DNA of 29,805 bases from Octopus sinensis. Lineage: Eukaryota. Both the position numbers and the translations under genes were made by a program. Where the stretch lies: NCBI RefSeq assembly GCF_006345805.1, contig NW_021832617.1:1-29805 (forward strand). The letters are read 5' to 3'. The notes under the pieces were generated by a model, which worked only from the letters and a program-made list of their open reading frames with translations, was not told the DNA's origin and ran no database searches. Shown in pieces: positions 10,185-22,029 of this stretch (positions within the stretch are counted from its first letter, which is position 1; every line of letters starts with the position of its first letter).

Positions 10185-12880
10185 GATAGGAAGATAGGAA
10201 AATAGGAAAAACAGCGTTTACTGCAAGGTCTGTACCATCAAAAGAAGAAGTGCAGAGATTTTGGAATAAAATCTGGGCAGAAGAAAAAACACACAACGAA
10301 AAGGCCCCCTGGATTGACAGAATATCTACAGAACTGGACCCTTAGAAGAGCAAAAGTGGGAGGGTGTCAAGGTAGAAGATATAAGATCTGCTCTCAGGAG
10401 GTCAAGCAAATGGAAGTCTCCAGGAAGGATAAAATTCCTAACTTCTGGCTGAATGCCTTCCCAGAGAGCCATGAACTGCTAACAGAACTGTACAATGATG
10501 TTTTGCAACACCCTAGTAGGATGCCTCCTTGCTAGTTAATGGGTTAACATTCCTGCTTCCAAAAAGTGAAGAAACAAATGAACCAAAAAACTATAGACCC
10601 ATAACCTGCTTAACAACTATGTACAAAACACTAACATCTGTCCTGACGGAATATACCTATAGTTTTTTTACAGACAGCAGCATATTCCCTAATGAACAGA
10701 AAGGATGTAACGTGGATCCTACGGCTGTAAAGACCAACTACTCATCAATAAGATGATCTTAGAAGATTGTCACAAACGACACAAAAACTTATCAATAGCC
10801 TGGATAGACTATAAAAAGGCTTTTGATAGCCTACAACATAGCTGGATTAGGAATGCCTTGAAATGTATAAGATAGCACCAACTCTGCGAAACTTCTTGAC
10901 TGTAAGTATGAGATCATGGAGAACCACACTAACTCTGAACAGTGACAGTGAATCCCTAAATGCTGGTGATGTAAAAATTTCGTGTGGCATTTTCCAGGGT
11001 GACTCACTGTCACCACTCCTCTTTTGTTTATCTTAATAATACCTCTCTCTCAAGCTGCTCAATGACGCGCAGTACGGGTATAAAATGTTTGATAAAAATA
11101 TAAATCATCTCGTTTACATGGATGATTTAAAGCTTTTTGCAAAAAATGATCAACAACTCAAGGGCTTACTAGCGATAGTCAAACAATTCAGTGACGATAT
11201 CAGAATGCAATTCGGCCTCGATAAATGTGCAAAGGCTACCTTTATCAAAGGAAAAATGACAGAAACATCTAACGTTAACCTTGACCAACAGAATGTCATA
11301 AAAGAAACTAGACCCAGCGGAGAGCTACAAGTACCTAGGGGTAATTGAAGGGAACGGAATAAGGCATTCAAGATGAAGGAAAGGATCAGGAGAGAATGCT
11401 ATCGAAGAGTGAGAGCAATACTCAAGACAGAGCTGAATGCAAGAAACAGGATCGAAGCAATCAATGCATTTGCTATACAGTCGTGACTTAGAGTTTCAAT
11501 ATTGTTAACTGGTCAATTACTGAAATATGTCAGCTCGACAGAAAAATAAGGAAACTGTTGACAATGCATAGAATGCACCACCCTAAGGCAGATACAGAAC
11601 GACTCTATCTGCCAAAAAGAGGGAGGCCGTGGCCTTTTGCAACTGGCAATAACAATGAAGATTGCTACAATTGGCCTAGACACCTACCTGAAAAACTCTG
11701 AGGACTGGATGCTAAAACTTGTCTCAAAACATGAAAACAAGAAAGCATCATACTCAGTCACAAAACAGGCAAAGGAATATCTAAGTGAATTCCGAATACA
11801 ACCAATTTCGGAATTAGAGATAGATATACAAGAAACAAGCACAGAAAAAGCTAGGCGCATGAAAACCCGTGCCAAAACTGCGGCCTTAGATATTCTGAAT
11901 AATAAATGGCAAGAAAAACCTCTCTATGGCAAATACCCAAAGAGAGCGAATAATGCAGATATCGACAAAGCCCTGACCCATCAATGGCTAATGGCCTATG
12001 GCTTAAAATCTGAAACAGAGGGGTTTATCATAGCAGCTCAGATCAATGCCTACCAACAAGAAACTACCAGGCCAACATATTAAAGACAGAAGCAGTCCAA
12101 CGTGTCGTGTATGCAAGCAACAAAATGAAACCATTGACCATGTGGTCTCCAAGTGCAGTCTTCTAGCGCCTACAGAGTATCTCAACAGGCACGATAGAGC
12201 TGCACAATATATTCACTGGGTAATCTGTAAAAACCTGGATTTGCCCCATGAAAAAAACTGGTGGGAACACAAACCACCCCCAGTGCTTGAAAATGACCAC
12301 ATCTCACTCCTCTGGAACTTCACCATTCAAACTGACAGGAAGATAGATGCAAATAGGCCAGACATCATATTGAAAGACTTCAAACAAAGAACATGCCTCC
12401 TCATTGATATGACTGTCCCAATCGATATAAACGTATCTGTCAAGACCTACCAAAAACTGAGCAAATATAAAGATCTTGAAATAGAAATCAGCAAATGTGG
12501 AAGCTGAAGACTAAAACAATACCTGTTGTCATAGGTGCCCTGGGAATGATAGCAAAAGGGCTGATAGCTACCTAACTCAGATACCAGGAAACCCAAAAAT
12601 GGCAGAAGTTCAAAAGATAGTGCTCATGGGAACTGCTCATATCCTACGCAAAATACTCTCTATGTAATCTCAAGGTTTAAAACAAACATAATTTTCGGTT
12701 TAAAAAAAAAAAAAAAAAAAAACTTTTTTTTAGACATTCATTAGTACAACATCCCCACCCCCCAAATATATGGCACACTAGGCATAACAACAACATGAAC
12801 TTCCAATCCTGTTGTCTCTTGAGGTCTCTGGGTGAGACTTGGAGCCAACTTGTACAAATATAAAGCAAAAGTCAAACATA

Positions 12881-12881
<1 letters not shown>
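10185..12881 (+). mobile_element. R4/Dong-clade non-LTR retrotransposon (RT plus restriction-like endonuclease), 5'-truncated and frameshifted
   Basis: Motifs in order: [38 protein letters not shown] (10995), YMDD (11115-11126), FGLDKCA, zinc knuckle CRVC..ETIDHVVSKC, RHD, RPDIIL..D and KLSKYKDL. The ORF ends at TAA 12665-12667, followed by a 3' UTR of about 210 bp. Confidence 0.92.
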
Positions 12882-12933
<52 letters not shown>

Positions 12934-12959
12934 TAATAATAATAATAATAATAATAATG

Positions 12960-13011
<52 letters not shown>
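12882..13011. repeat. (TAA)n microsatellite, right flank of the R4/Dong element
   Basis: TAA array seen directly. Confidence 0.97.
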
Positions 13012-13012
<1 letters not shown>

Positions 13013-13175
13013 CCATCGATGTAATTATGAATAGTTTAATGCATCGCTACGCGCGTTTCCACAAATGATGTATTTCTTAAGATCATAGTCCGTATTCCTG
13101 GAATTATTACAGTACAGTCCGTAAAATCTATGAATATCGAGCGGATCTTATTTATGCATTCATTTCTTCGCTCTA

Positions 13176-13475
13176 TACCAGGTTTGATCCGCAAGTATCT
13201 GGACTGTTGCGATAGTAACGAATCTAATGTACGAGGAGTAAAGCCGCTTGGCTCAGATTCACCTTCAGCAGTACTGTACATAAACACTAAGTTTTAATGT
13301 TCTGACTGACTCCCCCTGTTTACAGCAGTGCTTAGAACAAGTATAACGTATGATCGTCGCATTGACCAAGACAGTGAAAGTTGTCATGGCGATACCTGCT
13401 CAGACGCCTACGCTAAGTTGCAGACAACCTATGGAGCGGATTGTATGAGCCGCACACAAGTATACGAGGGGTTTC
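13176..13475 (+). mobile_element. Mariner-like DNA transposon 5' fragment
   Basis: Translates GDTCSDAYAKLQTTYGADCMSRTQVYE, matching the N-terminal HTH of mariner transposases (YGxxCMSRTQVYEW). A putative TA plus left end CCAGGTTTGATC starts at 13176. Confidence 0.7.
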
Positions 13476-13612
13476 CTTTCAAGATTTCTTGCCAATAGAG
13501 AAAGAGCCGGTTTCTTGCTTAAACCCATGGCACCTTTACTGGAATCTCAATGACATCAAACGGGTAATTTTGTACGTAGGCATGTATATGTGTAGATTTG
13601 TATGTCTTGTTT

Positions 13613-13892
13613 TGTATGTATGTATGTATTATGTATGTATGTATGTATGTATATGTGTATGTATGTATGTATGTATATTTGTATGTATGTATGTATATTT
13701 GTATGTATGTATGTATGTATGTATGTATGTATGTATGTATGTATATTTGTATGTATGTGTGTATGTATGTATGTATGTATGTATGTATGTATGTATGTAT
13801 GTATGAATGCAAGTATGTATGTATGTATATTTGTCTGTCTGTATGTATGTATGTATGTATGTATGTATGGATGGATGGATGTATGTATGTAT
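13613..13892. repeat. (TATG)n microsatellite
   Basis: Interrupted TATG array seen directly. Confidence 0.97.
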
Positions 13893-13977
13893 GGATAGTG
13901 TACTATTCCTTTGTTAGTAGGATCAGCACAAAACGTACTCGAACCAGTGAATGATGAAGAAGTAAATATAATTTAGT

Positions 13978-14390
13978 TAGGAGTGGCTGTGTGGTAAGTA
14001 GCTTGCTTACAAACCACATGGTTCCGAGTTCAGTCCCACTGCGTGGCGCCTTGGGCAAGTATCTTCTACTATAGTTGCGGGCCGACCAAAGCCTTGTGAA
14101 TGGATTTGGTAGACAGAAACTGAAAGAAGACCGTCGTATATATGTATGTATATATATGTATGTGTGTGTGTATATGTTTGTGTGTCTGTGTTTGTTCCCC
14201 CGCAACATCGCTTGACGACCGATGCTGGTGTGTTTACGTCCCCGTAACCTAGCGGTTCGGCAAAAGAGACCGATCGAATAAGTACTAGGCTAACAAAGAA
14301 TAAGTCCTGGGGGTCGATTTGCTCGACTAAGGGGCGGTGCTCTAGCATGGCCACAGTCAAATGACTGAAACAAGTAAAAGATTAAAGAGT
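13978..14390 (+). mobile_element. Full-length composite SINE (tRNA head, CORE-like segment, internal TA/TG microsatellite, 3' module, GTAAAAGA tail)
   Basis: Collinear with the copies at 22578-22998 (minus) and 28231-28616 (plus). B-box-like GAGTTCAGTCCC is present. Confidence 0.9.
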
Positions 14391-14447
14391 ACAAACAAAA
14401 CTTAAATGTTCTCTGGAAAAAAATAAAACCAGTAATGTCGGAAAACA

Positions 14448-14661
14448 ATCCTTTCTACAAAACAGAAAAGGTCAGAAATGTTAGAGGAGGAGACCAGTCG
14501 ATTACATCGCCCCCAGTTTTCACTCGTACTTAATTTATCGACCTTGAAAGGATGAAAAGCAGAGTCACCACGGCGGAATTTGAATTCATAACGTAGAGAC
14601 GGGCAAAATACCGCTGAGTACTTCGTCCAGTGAGCTAACGATCCTGCGAACTCACCGCCTT
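14448..14661 (-). mobile_element. Deu/Nin-domain tRNA-SINE
   Basis: The minus strand has B-box-like GAATTCAAATTCC followed by TTCATCCTTTCAAGGTCGATAAATTAAGTAC (Deu-domain-like). It is homologous to 21645-21857. Confidence 0.75.
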
Positions 14662-15591
14662 AATTATGAAAAATAATGATAAATGGAAAAAAAAAAAAAA
14701 AACTAAATGGAAAAAGGTAAATAAAATTTGTGCTCGTTCTCCTGTTTCCATTAAATCTTATCCTTTCGTTCTTTATTTTCTCTCGTTTTTTTTCTCAGAG
14801 AACAGACATGTTGTATTTTGAACCTAATGATTGCTGGATAATACACGGTACGCTATACACGCTTGTTCGACTATTGTATTATCAGAGACATGAAACTTAT
14901 TGATCACATATAAATCCTGCATGCACACGCCATGCGCACACGCGTTTTTGTCTGTGTGTGTGTGTGTGTGTGACTATCTATTAAGCGAAGGCAATGAATT
15001 AGTCGGAAATAAAGAGAAGATTCTTCGTCGGTCGGGGCAATGAGCAGACAGTAGTTTCCATCGCAAGAAATCCTAGTCGTGATAATCGCGTGTAACTGGC
15101 TGGTTATTCACATACAGACGTCTGCCTTTATAACAGACAGAGCTGGACATTTGAAAGCCATCTAAAATTCAAACAGTGAAAGAAGAATAAACTGACAATT
15201 CATTTTACGACACTGAATTGACATAAAAATAAATTTGACTATACCATGATTTGAAATCAGATTGCAGACATCCGAAGCGAATGCCATGAGTCATTGTATC
15301 CGACGTTATAACATTCTGTTAATTTGTGGCTTCTCTGAAATAAATGCATCATAAGAGGAACATGACGTATCAATGCATAGTTCCTGAAACCCTTTTTACT
15401 CTGTAATCTTTCTCTTGTCAAATTGACGCTATAATTTGAATTCTTATCGTAATACACCTTATGTAGTTTTTTTTTAAAATAAAAAATTCTTGTTGAATAA
15501 AATAACTTCTACTTCGTCTGTTGTTTTGTACATTGCATGTGTATGTGCATGTGTATGGGTTATGTACCGTGAATCTGTTTTAGAGGTGAAA

Positions 15592-15761
15592 ATGCCACGT
15601 AAAGCCAGGAGACTGTTCAAACGCCTAGGTCGCTGTTTTGAACGTTCTTTCACACACTTTCTGATATGGACCTGCACTGCAAACAATTTCGAAACTACGG
15701 AAGATGACTGTCCAGACGATTCGATGTTTAGTGACACAAGCACGAAAACTATTGAATACAA
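15592..15761 (+). CDS. Candidate coding exon, product unknown
   Basis: Acceptor TGTTTTAG|15584, ATG at 15592 in context AAAATGC, open frame MPRKARRLFKRLGRCFERSFTHFLIWTCTANNFETTEDDCPDDSMFSDTSTKTIEY, and donor GTGAGC at 15762 (phase 2). The sequence is non-repetitive. Confidence 0.4.
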
Positions 15762-16063
15762 GTGAGCTTAATGCAGTCAGAGAAACAAAAATTATTATGA
15801 ATCCAATTAACAAGCAGATATTATTTGTTGGCTAAACGTAAAAACCGTTTATCTAATATACTTAGAAAACAATGTTGGATTAGCCCCTAATATACGGGGA
15901 CCGGAAAACGATGACATTCTGAACCCTAAAAGACAAAAAAATTGTAAAAATGTAAATAAAAAGGAGTAATATATAAAAATGGGTGTGTTTCTATATTTCT
16001 ACATTTCGTTGTACAACCTAAAGAAAACTCGGTATGAAGGTGAAGTATGAAATGTTATATATC

Positions 16064-16168
16064 TGAATTACACCGCAACAGCCACACATCGACTGCCCTC
16101 AGAATAACATACAATTATGCAAAACATACTCAAGAGCACACACACACAAACACACACACTTGTACACA
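16064..16168 (+). repeat. About 100-bp direct repeat, copy 1 (copy 2 at 17218-17314)
   Basis: TGAATTACACCGCAACAGyCACACrTCrACTGCCCTCAGAmTAACATACAAyTATGCAAAACATACTCAAG is shared between the two copies. Confidence 0.9.
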
Positions 16169-16380
16169 TCACATTTACTACAGCACTAAAACAAGATATT
16201 AACAAATAACAGCCCAGGAGATTTGTTAAAAAACAGTACATTGCAAAAAATTTGAGAGAATATTTTTGAGTAATTTATAAGTATGACTAAACGAACAGCA
16301 GGCGTTAATGTATATGTTTCATTGAAATGTGGTGTAAAAGTTGGCGATGTTCAGTTAAGACAGGTATCAAAATATAGCAG

Positions 16381-16579
16381 GGCAAATATCAGACACAACA
16401 AAACAAAAAAGAATAGATTATTTTACACCTGTAAAAAGGGGCTGAAGAGAAGATATAATGTTGTACAAGAAATGAAAGGTTACTGGAAAATCGGAAAAGA
16501 AACCGTCACCAATCTATTTGATATTGATAATATATCCTCAAGACAAAAATACGAAAGAAGAGATTTATATAATAACTAA
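16381..16579 (+). CDS. Candidate terminal coding exon, phase-compatible with 15592-15761
   Basis: CAG|G at 16380/16381 is phase 2 and the frame stays open to TAA 16577-16579. The acceptor lacks a pyrimidine tract. Confidence 0.2.
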
Positions 16580-16581
16580 AA

Positions 16582-17155
16582 CCTGCTAAATATAACAAGG
16601 TAGAAACTTATAGCATGTAACTCTTGTTGAATGCAACATGGCGTAGGTTTATAACATTGAACTATTGATAAATACAAGACCTTCATAGCATCCAGTTTGT
16701 TTTAGATATAACTACAATATACTAACGATATTCACTTCCTGTTAGATATAACCAGGATTAAATTCATAACATATGATAGATATAATGTGAAGTCAATTTA
16801 TAAAAGATAGCTTGTGTTAAATATGACAAGATGTAAATTGATAACTTGCAACTGATAATATATATCACATGATGTAACTCCTGTTACATTTAACATTAGT
16901 ACACTTACAATACATAACACATGTTATGTGTAACACGAAGTAAATTTATAAAACCCAACCCCCGATAATTATTAGAAAAAAATATATTTATAATGGCCAA
17001 CGCCTCCTAATGTTAAGTGCTAAATTCCTCTTAGATATAACAATGTGTAAACTTATAGCAGAGTGAATTTGTCGCATTAAAATGCTGTTAAATGTAAGAA
17101 AGGTTATAGTCATATCTCCCCATGACTGTTAATATAACAAGTAATGTAACAAATG
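16582..17155. repeat. Degenerate minisatellite with a period of about 39 bp
   Basis: The motif CTGTTArATATAAC recurs near 16582, 16622, 16661, 16698, 16737, 16773, 16811, 16880, 16920, 17030, 17085 and 17126. Confidence 0.65.
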
Positions 17156-17217
17156 TTAAAAGACTGGGATAAAGATGAGGAGGCAGACACTTAAAACTGA
17201 AAGATAAATCTCATCAA

Positions 17218-17314
17218 TGAATTACACCGCAACAGTCACACGTCAACTGCCCTCAGACTAACATACAACTATGCAAAACATACTCAAGTGCACACACATA
17301 CACACTTGTACACA
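17218..17314 (+). repeat. About 100-bp direct repeat, copy 2
   Basis: Matches 16064-16168. Confidence 0.9.
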
Positions 17315-19754
17315 CATACATACTTGTACACTCCTGAACAACTTGATATATTATCTATACAAATAATCATCTTATATTTTAGTAGTCAGACAGTTTCATT
17401 AGTCAAACAGCATAATGTCAGGGAACAGTTTGTGGTCTCAGAAATATTTCCAAAATTGGAATATATTTTGTGCTGTGACCATTCGTCGAAGAGTAATACA
17501 GTCCCTGAGTGTTTTCTGATAAATAGTTGTACGGTAAGGCAATGACGAAAGCCTCTCTACGAAACTTCGGACAGAATCTCATTCATATTACACTCTCTCG
17601 TCTAAAGACGATCACATTGGATAACGTAGTCTACCGTACACTATGCCTGAAAAAATAAATGATGGGTGCGGCTTGAATGTCAACGTCTCTCAAGAGACCA
17701 ACAACCAACAACCATCAGCTACATAGAAATACAATAACTTCTTACCTTCTTAAGTTACTAATATCTTTAACAACTAACGTCCTTTGAAGGTTTTTCGACA
17801 GCAATCAGATCGATGCAGTAAACGATATTTTTGTATAACTGTAGGAAAAGCAGACAACAAGGGAATACCGGTGCGCATGGCCTAACAATGATGTAGCAGA
17901 TATGTGTGAGGATAAAACAGAAAGATAACGAGTCACATGAACCGAGGTGGATGACGCTTGGGTATGGAAAGATCGAGAAGGACGGCTGGTATTATTAGAA
18001 CGTAAGCAGGTGTTGTTTGAAATGAAATCAAGTAAACAGGTGATGCAGAGAAAGAAGAATATGAGGACCGTAAGTGTGTGAGGCATGATGGGTGTTCTCA
18101 ATATAGTTAACGATACTTCCTAGTTCCAGCTAACATTTTTATGATCGATTTCCCTTTGCGAAATTTTTACACCGTGTTTACAGGATATTGTCTGAATGTT
18201 CGTGATCTATAGTTCTGTCAATTACTAAACATTATAACAACCACATTCAAAAACGTCTAAAATATAGCCAAAACAGAAAATATACACATTTGCTATATTG
18301 GTTTAGATATAACTTATTCTTTGTCTAAAAAAAAAAGAAATCAGTTAAAAAAGTTCTATTTATATGAGGTTTTATTTTTCTTTAGTTATAAAGTTGGAGA
18401 AAAAAATATTTAAAAATCGCTTTCAAATGTTATGTTATACTTCTCTTATATTTCATTTGAATTTATTTTTATTTTTCTGACTCAGACAAATGTCTGGCCT
18501 ACATTTTGAGGTCATCTTGGCTTCATGATGTGGGTTGCGTCTTAAATGAAGTCTGAATATTGAGAATGGAGGAAAAGAGAGCGTTCGCTTCCAGTCTGAC
18601 ACTAAATGTAGCTTTTCGCTTAACATGTTTGACAAGTAAGACATTTCTAAAAATCATATATATATATATTTGCACAACCCCCGCACAAACACACATGAAT
18701 AATTTTAGCAGAGGGATGATGTTCTGATGGCGGGGTTAAAGAAAAGCAGAGAGAGGGGGAGAGGAGGAAGAGAGAGAGAGATGGGGAAAGAGAGATGATG
18801 ATAGTGGTGGTGGTGACGAAGATACAGGTGGTAGTTATGGTGATTGGATAGTGAAAAGTGTATTTTTTAAATTGAAGTTTTTTTTTATATTACCCATCAC
18901 TTAACGCATGCGCATAAGTGCAGCCACTTATTCTTGTTTTACTATTTACGTGACAGTGAGTGAGTGTCTGTGTGTGTGTTCGAGTTGTGTGCATGAGTGT
19001 GCGTGTTTGTAGGTGTGTGTCTGTGTGTGTAATAGCATGAATATAGCGCAAGTTTCAATAAGGTCGACCTTCTGAATGGATGAATGAATGAATGAATGGC
19101 GTCGTTAGTTCCTTAAAAAGACTGAATTTTCAGAAAAACCAAAAAGCGATCCTCTAAGCGGTGTGTGTCTCTGTGACGTAGCAGCCAAATATCCCTCCAA
19201 CCACTCCCTAATGACCTAAAAACAGCAAGATAACAACTGGATAACATAGTCAGTGATATGCTAAAACACAGGAGGATCATGGGTGGAAAACATTTACATC
19301 GAAAAGAATTATAGAACTATTCCGTAAATAGATCGATAATGGGTTTCGGTGCAAAAACTACGAAAAGAGCGCAACAGACTGAATAAAAAATACATAAATA
19401 TATAAAACACATAACGTAATCGAAATGAAGTGAGACTCAATCAAGGATATTTCATTTTAATGTGTATGCTTTGATTGATTTTTAAGTTCATTCCGTTTGA
19501 TCTCTATATCATTTAATTTTATATATGCTGTCAATTATTCCCACATCAGTCATATAATGTTACAAACTCTCTCTTCATTGTCGAATAAATGAACGCACCC
19601 AGATGTGTGTATATGTGTGTATTTATAGGACATTCACAGACATTCTGACTGCAGCCAAAGATAAAGCAAACTCTGACCTTTGGCACCCACAGACATGCTG
19701 TATCTCTTCCCTCTTCGTTCTTAACAGATACCATAATAGCGTCTGGTCCTCAGT

Positions 19755-20259
19755 CATCATCATCATTGTTCGACCGTGGTCGAGACAATGGAATTTACCA
19801 TGCTACGCCAGAATTCACGGTCCATCATGGCATTACGGAGGTCCTGTTGCTGGATGCCTGTATCCCTGGAGATTACATCAGGGTAGGAGAGTGTGCGCCC
19901 TCTGGTATTGCGAGTAGATGGCTTCCAGAGGAGAAGAGTAGAAATTACCTCTTTTTCAGCTCTACAACAATGTCCAGCAAACTGGACTCTCCTACCTTTC
20001 ACAAGAGATGACACAGGTGGTAGTTTCCCATATATTTGCATTTTGGTTGGATGACTCCTCCACGAGAGATTTTGAGCTCTCATAAGGAGGCGAGTGTAGG
20101 TTCCATCCAACCGCCTCTCAAGCTTCTTTGATAACGTCCAGGTTTCTGAGCTATATAGTAGAATTGGTTCGACTGTGGCTTTGAAGATTTCAAGTTTGAA
20201 GTCCCTACTTAGATTTGATGACCAGATCTTATGCATGTCATTACAGGCTGACCATTACA
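19755..20259 (-). mobile_element. RTE-like LINE 3' end, 5'-truncated, with target-site duplication
   Basis: Uninterrupted C-terminal ORF (MHKIWSSNL..EPILLYSSETWTL..FAGHC..DREFWR..*), a (GAT)n tail, and a 10-bp TSD GGTCCTCAGT at 19745-19754 and 20260-20269. Confidence 0.9.
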
Positions 20260-20694
20260 GGTCCTCAGTAGTGACTGGTCTCAAGGTATCTCTCCTCAAG
20301 CACTGACTTCTCACTCCTCTCTTTTTCTCTCATTAACCTTGTCTCCATCCCTCCCACGTTGAACTACTCCCAACACCCAAACCTGTCTACCCTGAACATT
20401 GGATTCTATGGAATCTCTTCCTTGATCAGTGTGTCCTACAGATGTCCACTTCTAGCATTTTAATCTCTTAACATACACATGTTGCTTCAATTTCCATGCG
20501 AGAAATACTATATTTTAAAATTATTTATTTCGACTCTTTATATAAGGAATAATAAATATACAAATTATTTTTTGGATCAGTTATGTTTTACTTTGAAGTT
20601 ACTGGTAGAAATGGCATTTACTGATAGTCGGTGATAGAAAACGGGAACAACACCATAAAGGAATAAAGTTCTATATTTAAGAGATGAGGAATTA

Positions 20695-20745
20695 TGTACA
20701 TTATTTACATTATTTACATTCGATTCCAAGCAGTGAACCGAACAC

Positions 20746-20804
<59 letters not shown>

Positions 20805-20956
20805 TCGAAAAATATCTTAGGAATGAGAACCCAGGTTCGAAATTTCCCCACGACACCTGAAGAAGGCTGGAGGGTATATTAGCCGAAACGTTCTGTTAAC
20901 AACAAACAAGATGAGGACAAATATCTTTCGAATGTAAATAATGTAAATAATGTACA
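20695..20956. mobile_element. Small hammerhead-bearing element with a 29-bp perfect inverted repeat (PLE pLTR-like)
   Basis: 20695-20723 is the exact reverse complement of 20928-20956. It has an internal (TAA)n and a hammerhead motif. Confidence 0.65.
20851..20897 (+). ncRNA. Minimal type I hammerhead motif (PLE-type), slightly degenerate
   Basis: CGACAC-CTGAAGA-A-GGCTG(10-nt loop)TAGCC-GAAA-CG-TT-CTGTT. The core and stem II are intact and helix III is the palindromic ACGT. The first stem I pair is a C-C mismatch. Confidence 0.65.
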
Positions 20957-21644
20957 CTATGACCGAAGTATTTCGGTTTAGAAATGAGTGGCAGATACCT
21001 CAGTGTACAGTGGACGTATATTTTCGTCCAAATACATATTTACTATACATTTCTGGACTAAAATTTACGGTATTTGTTAAGAGGTGTATCGGAAAATTAA
21101 TCAAATCAATCTTGTCGATGTTGGAAGTCCTGTGAGGACCGCCATTACTGCTCCTTCTTCAAAACCCATCAAGTAAAAAAAACCCCAAAAATCCTTGTTT
21201 TATTGGTAATTTATTTCGTAACACCTTTTCTTTATTTCTTATAAATATTTATTGTTCTTTTATTTTTCTTTCTTTTTTTACCAGGGCCGCAGATACCACT
21301 TTAAGGCTTAGTAAAAAAAGACATAGCAAGTATTTGTGACCTTTTCTTGCAGGATGTGAGGACCTTTTGGAAGGAAGGGTGGAAACAGCATTCAGACAAC
21401 GACTTAGTAAAAACACACGGAAAAGAGTGGATTCTTTCACGAGAACAAATGCTTTTAAATGCTTATATATATGAACAACCTACACTTAATAAAACCTTTC
21501 CTTCTCGATGACTTTTCAAATCATTAATTAATTACATACATATAATTATATGTTTAATTTGTGACAATTACTTGAACATATTTTATCTACTTCAGATGAT
21601 AAATATCTCGAGGAATAACAATTTCCAATATCTTATAATATAAT

Positions 21645-21857
21645 ATTGATTTCAAATTTTGGCACAACGCCAGCAATTTTGGGTAAGGGGTAAATCAATT
21701 ACACTGATCTCAGTGCTTAACCGTTTCTTATTTTATCGACCGCGAAGAATGAAGGCAATGTCGGCCTCGGCGGAACTTGAACTCAGAACGTGAAGTTGGA
21801 CTAAATGTGCCAAGCATTTTGCTCGGCGCGGCAACCATTCTGCCAGGTCTCTGCCTT
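21645..21857 (-). mobile_element. Deu/Nin-domain tRNA-SINE
   Basis: The minus strand has GAGTTCAAGTTCC (B-box) and TTCATTCTTCGCGGTCGATAAAATAAG. It is homologous to 14448-14661. Confidence 0.75.
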
Positions 21858-22029
21858 TCTTACAAAATAATAGTCTGTCTATTAAATTCTATCACCTTCG
21901 GGCCGAGTTTGCCTCTTAACTACGTTAAACCTTAATACTAACATGACTTGTGCGTTAACCCATTTAGTTGAGTTTGAATTATTATCCAAAACAAAAGCAA
22001 GGAACTGCTAGAAATGTTTTAAACATGTG

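Noticed and set aside
11698-16448. Other CUGANGA matches (11698, 12504, 16442, and minus-strand 19747 and 20262)
   Set aside because: They lie in LINE coding sequence, TSDs or the candidate exon and lack stems I-III.
16582-17155. CRISPR-like reading of the periodic array
   Set aside because: The context is eukaryotic, units are degenerate along their whole length with no constant repeat plus unique spacer, and there are no cas genes.
16064-17314. LTR/TRIM interpretation of the 100-bp direct repeats (TG...CA-like ends)
   Set aside because: There is no primer-binding site, polypurine tract or target-site duplication.
17805-18101. 98-aa minus-strand ORF with a hydrophobic N-terminus (MPHTLTVLIFFFLCITCLL..NNTS)
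   Set aside because: No convincing splice signals or family similarity. The hydrophobicity may simply mirror the purine-rich plus strand. It is not excluded, but it is unsupported.
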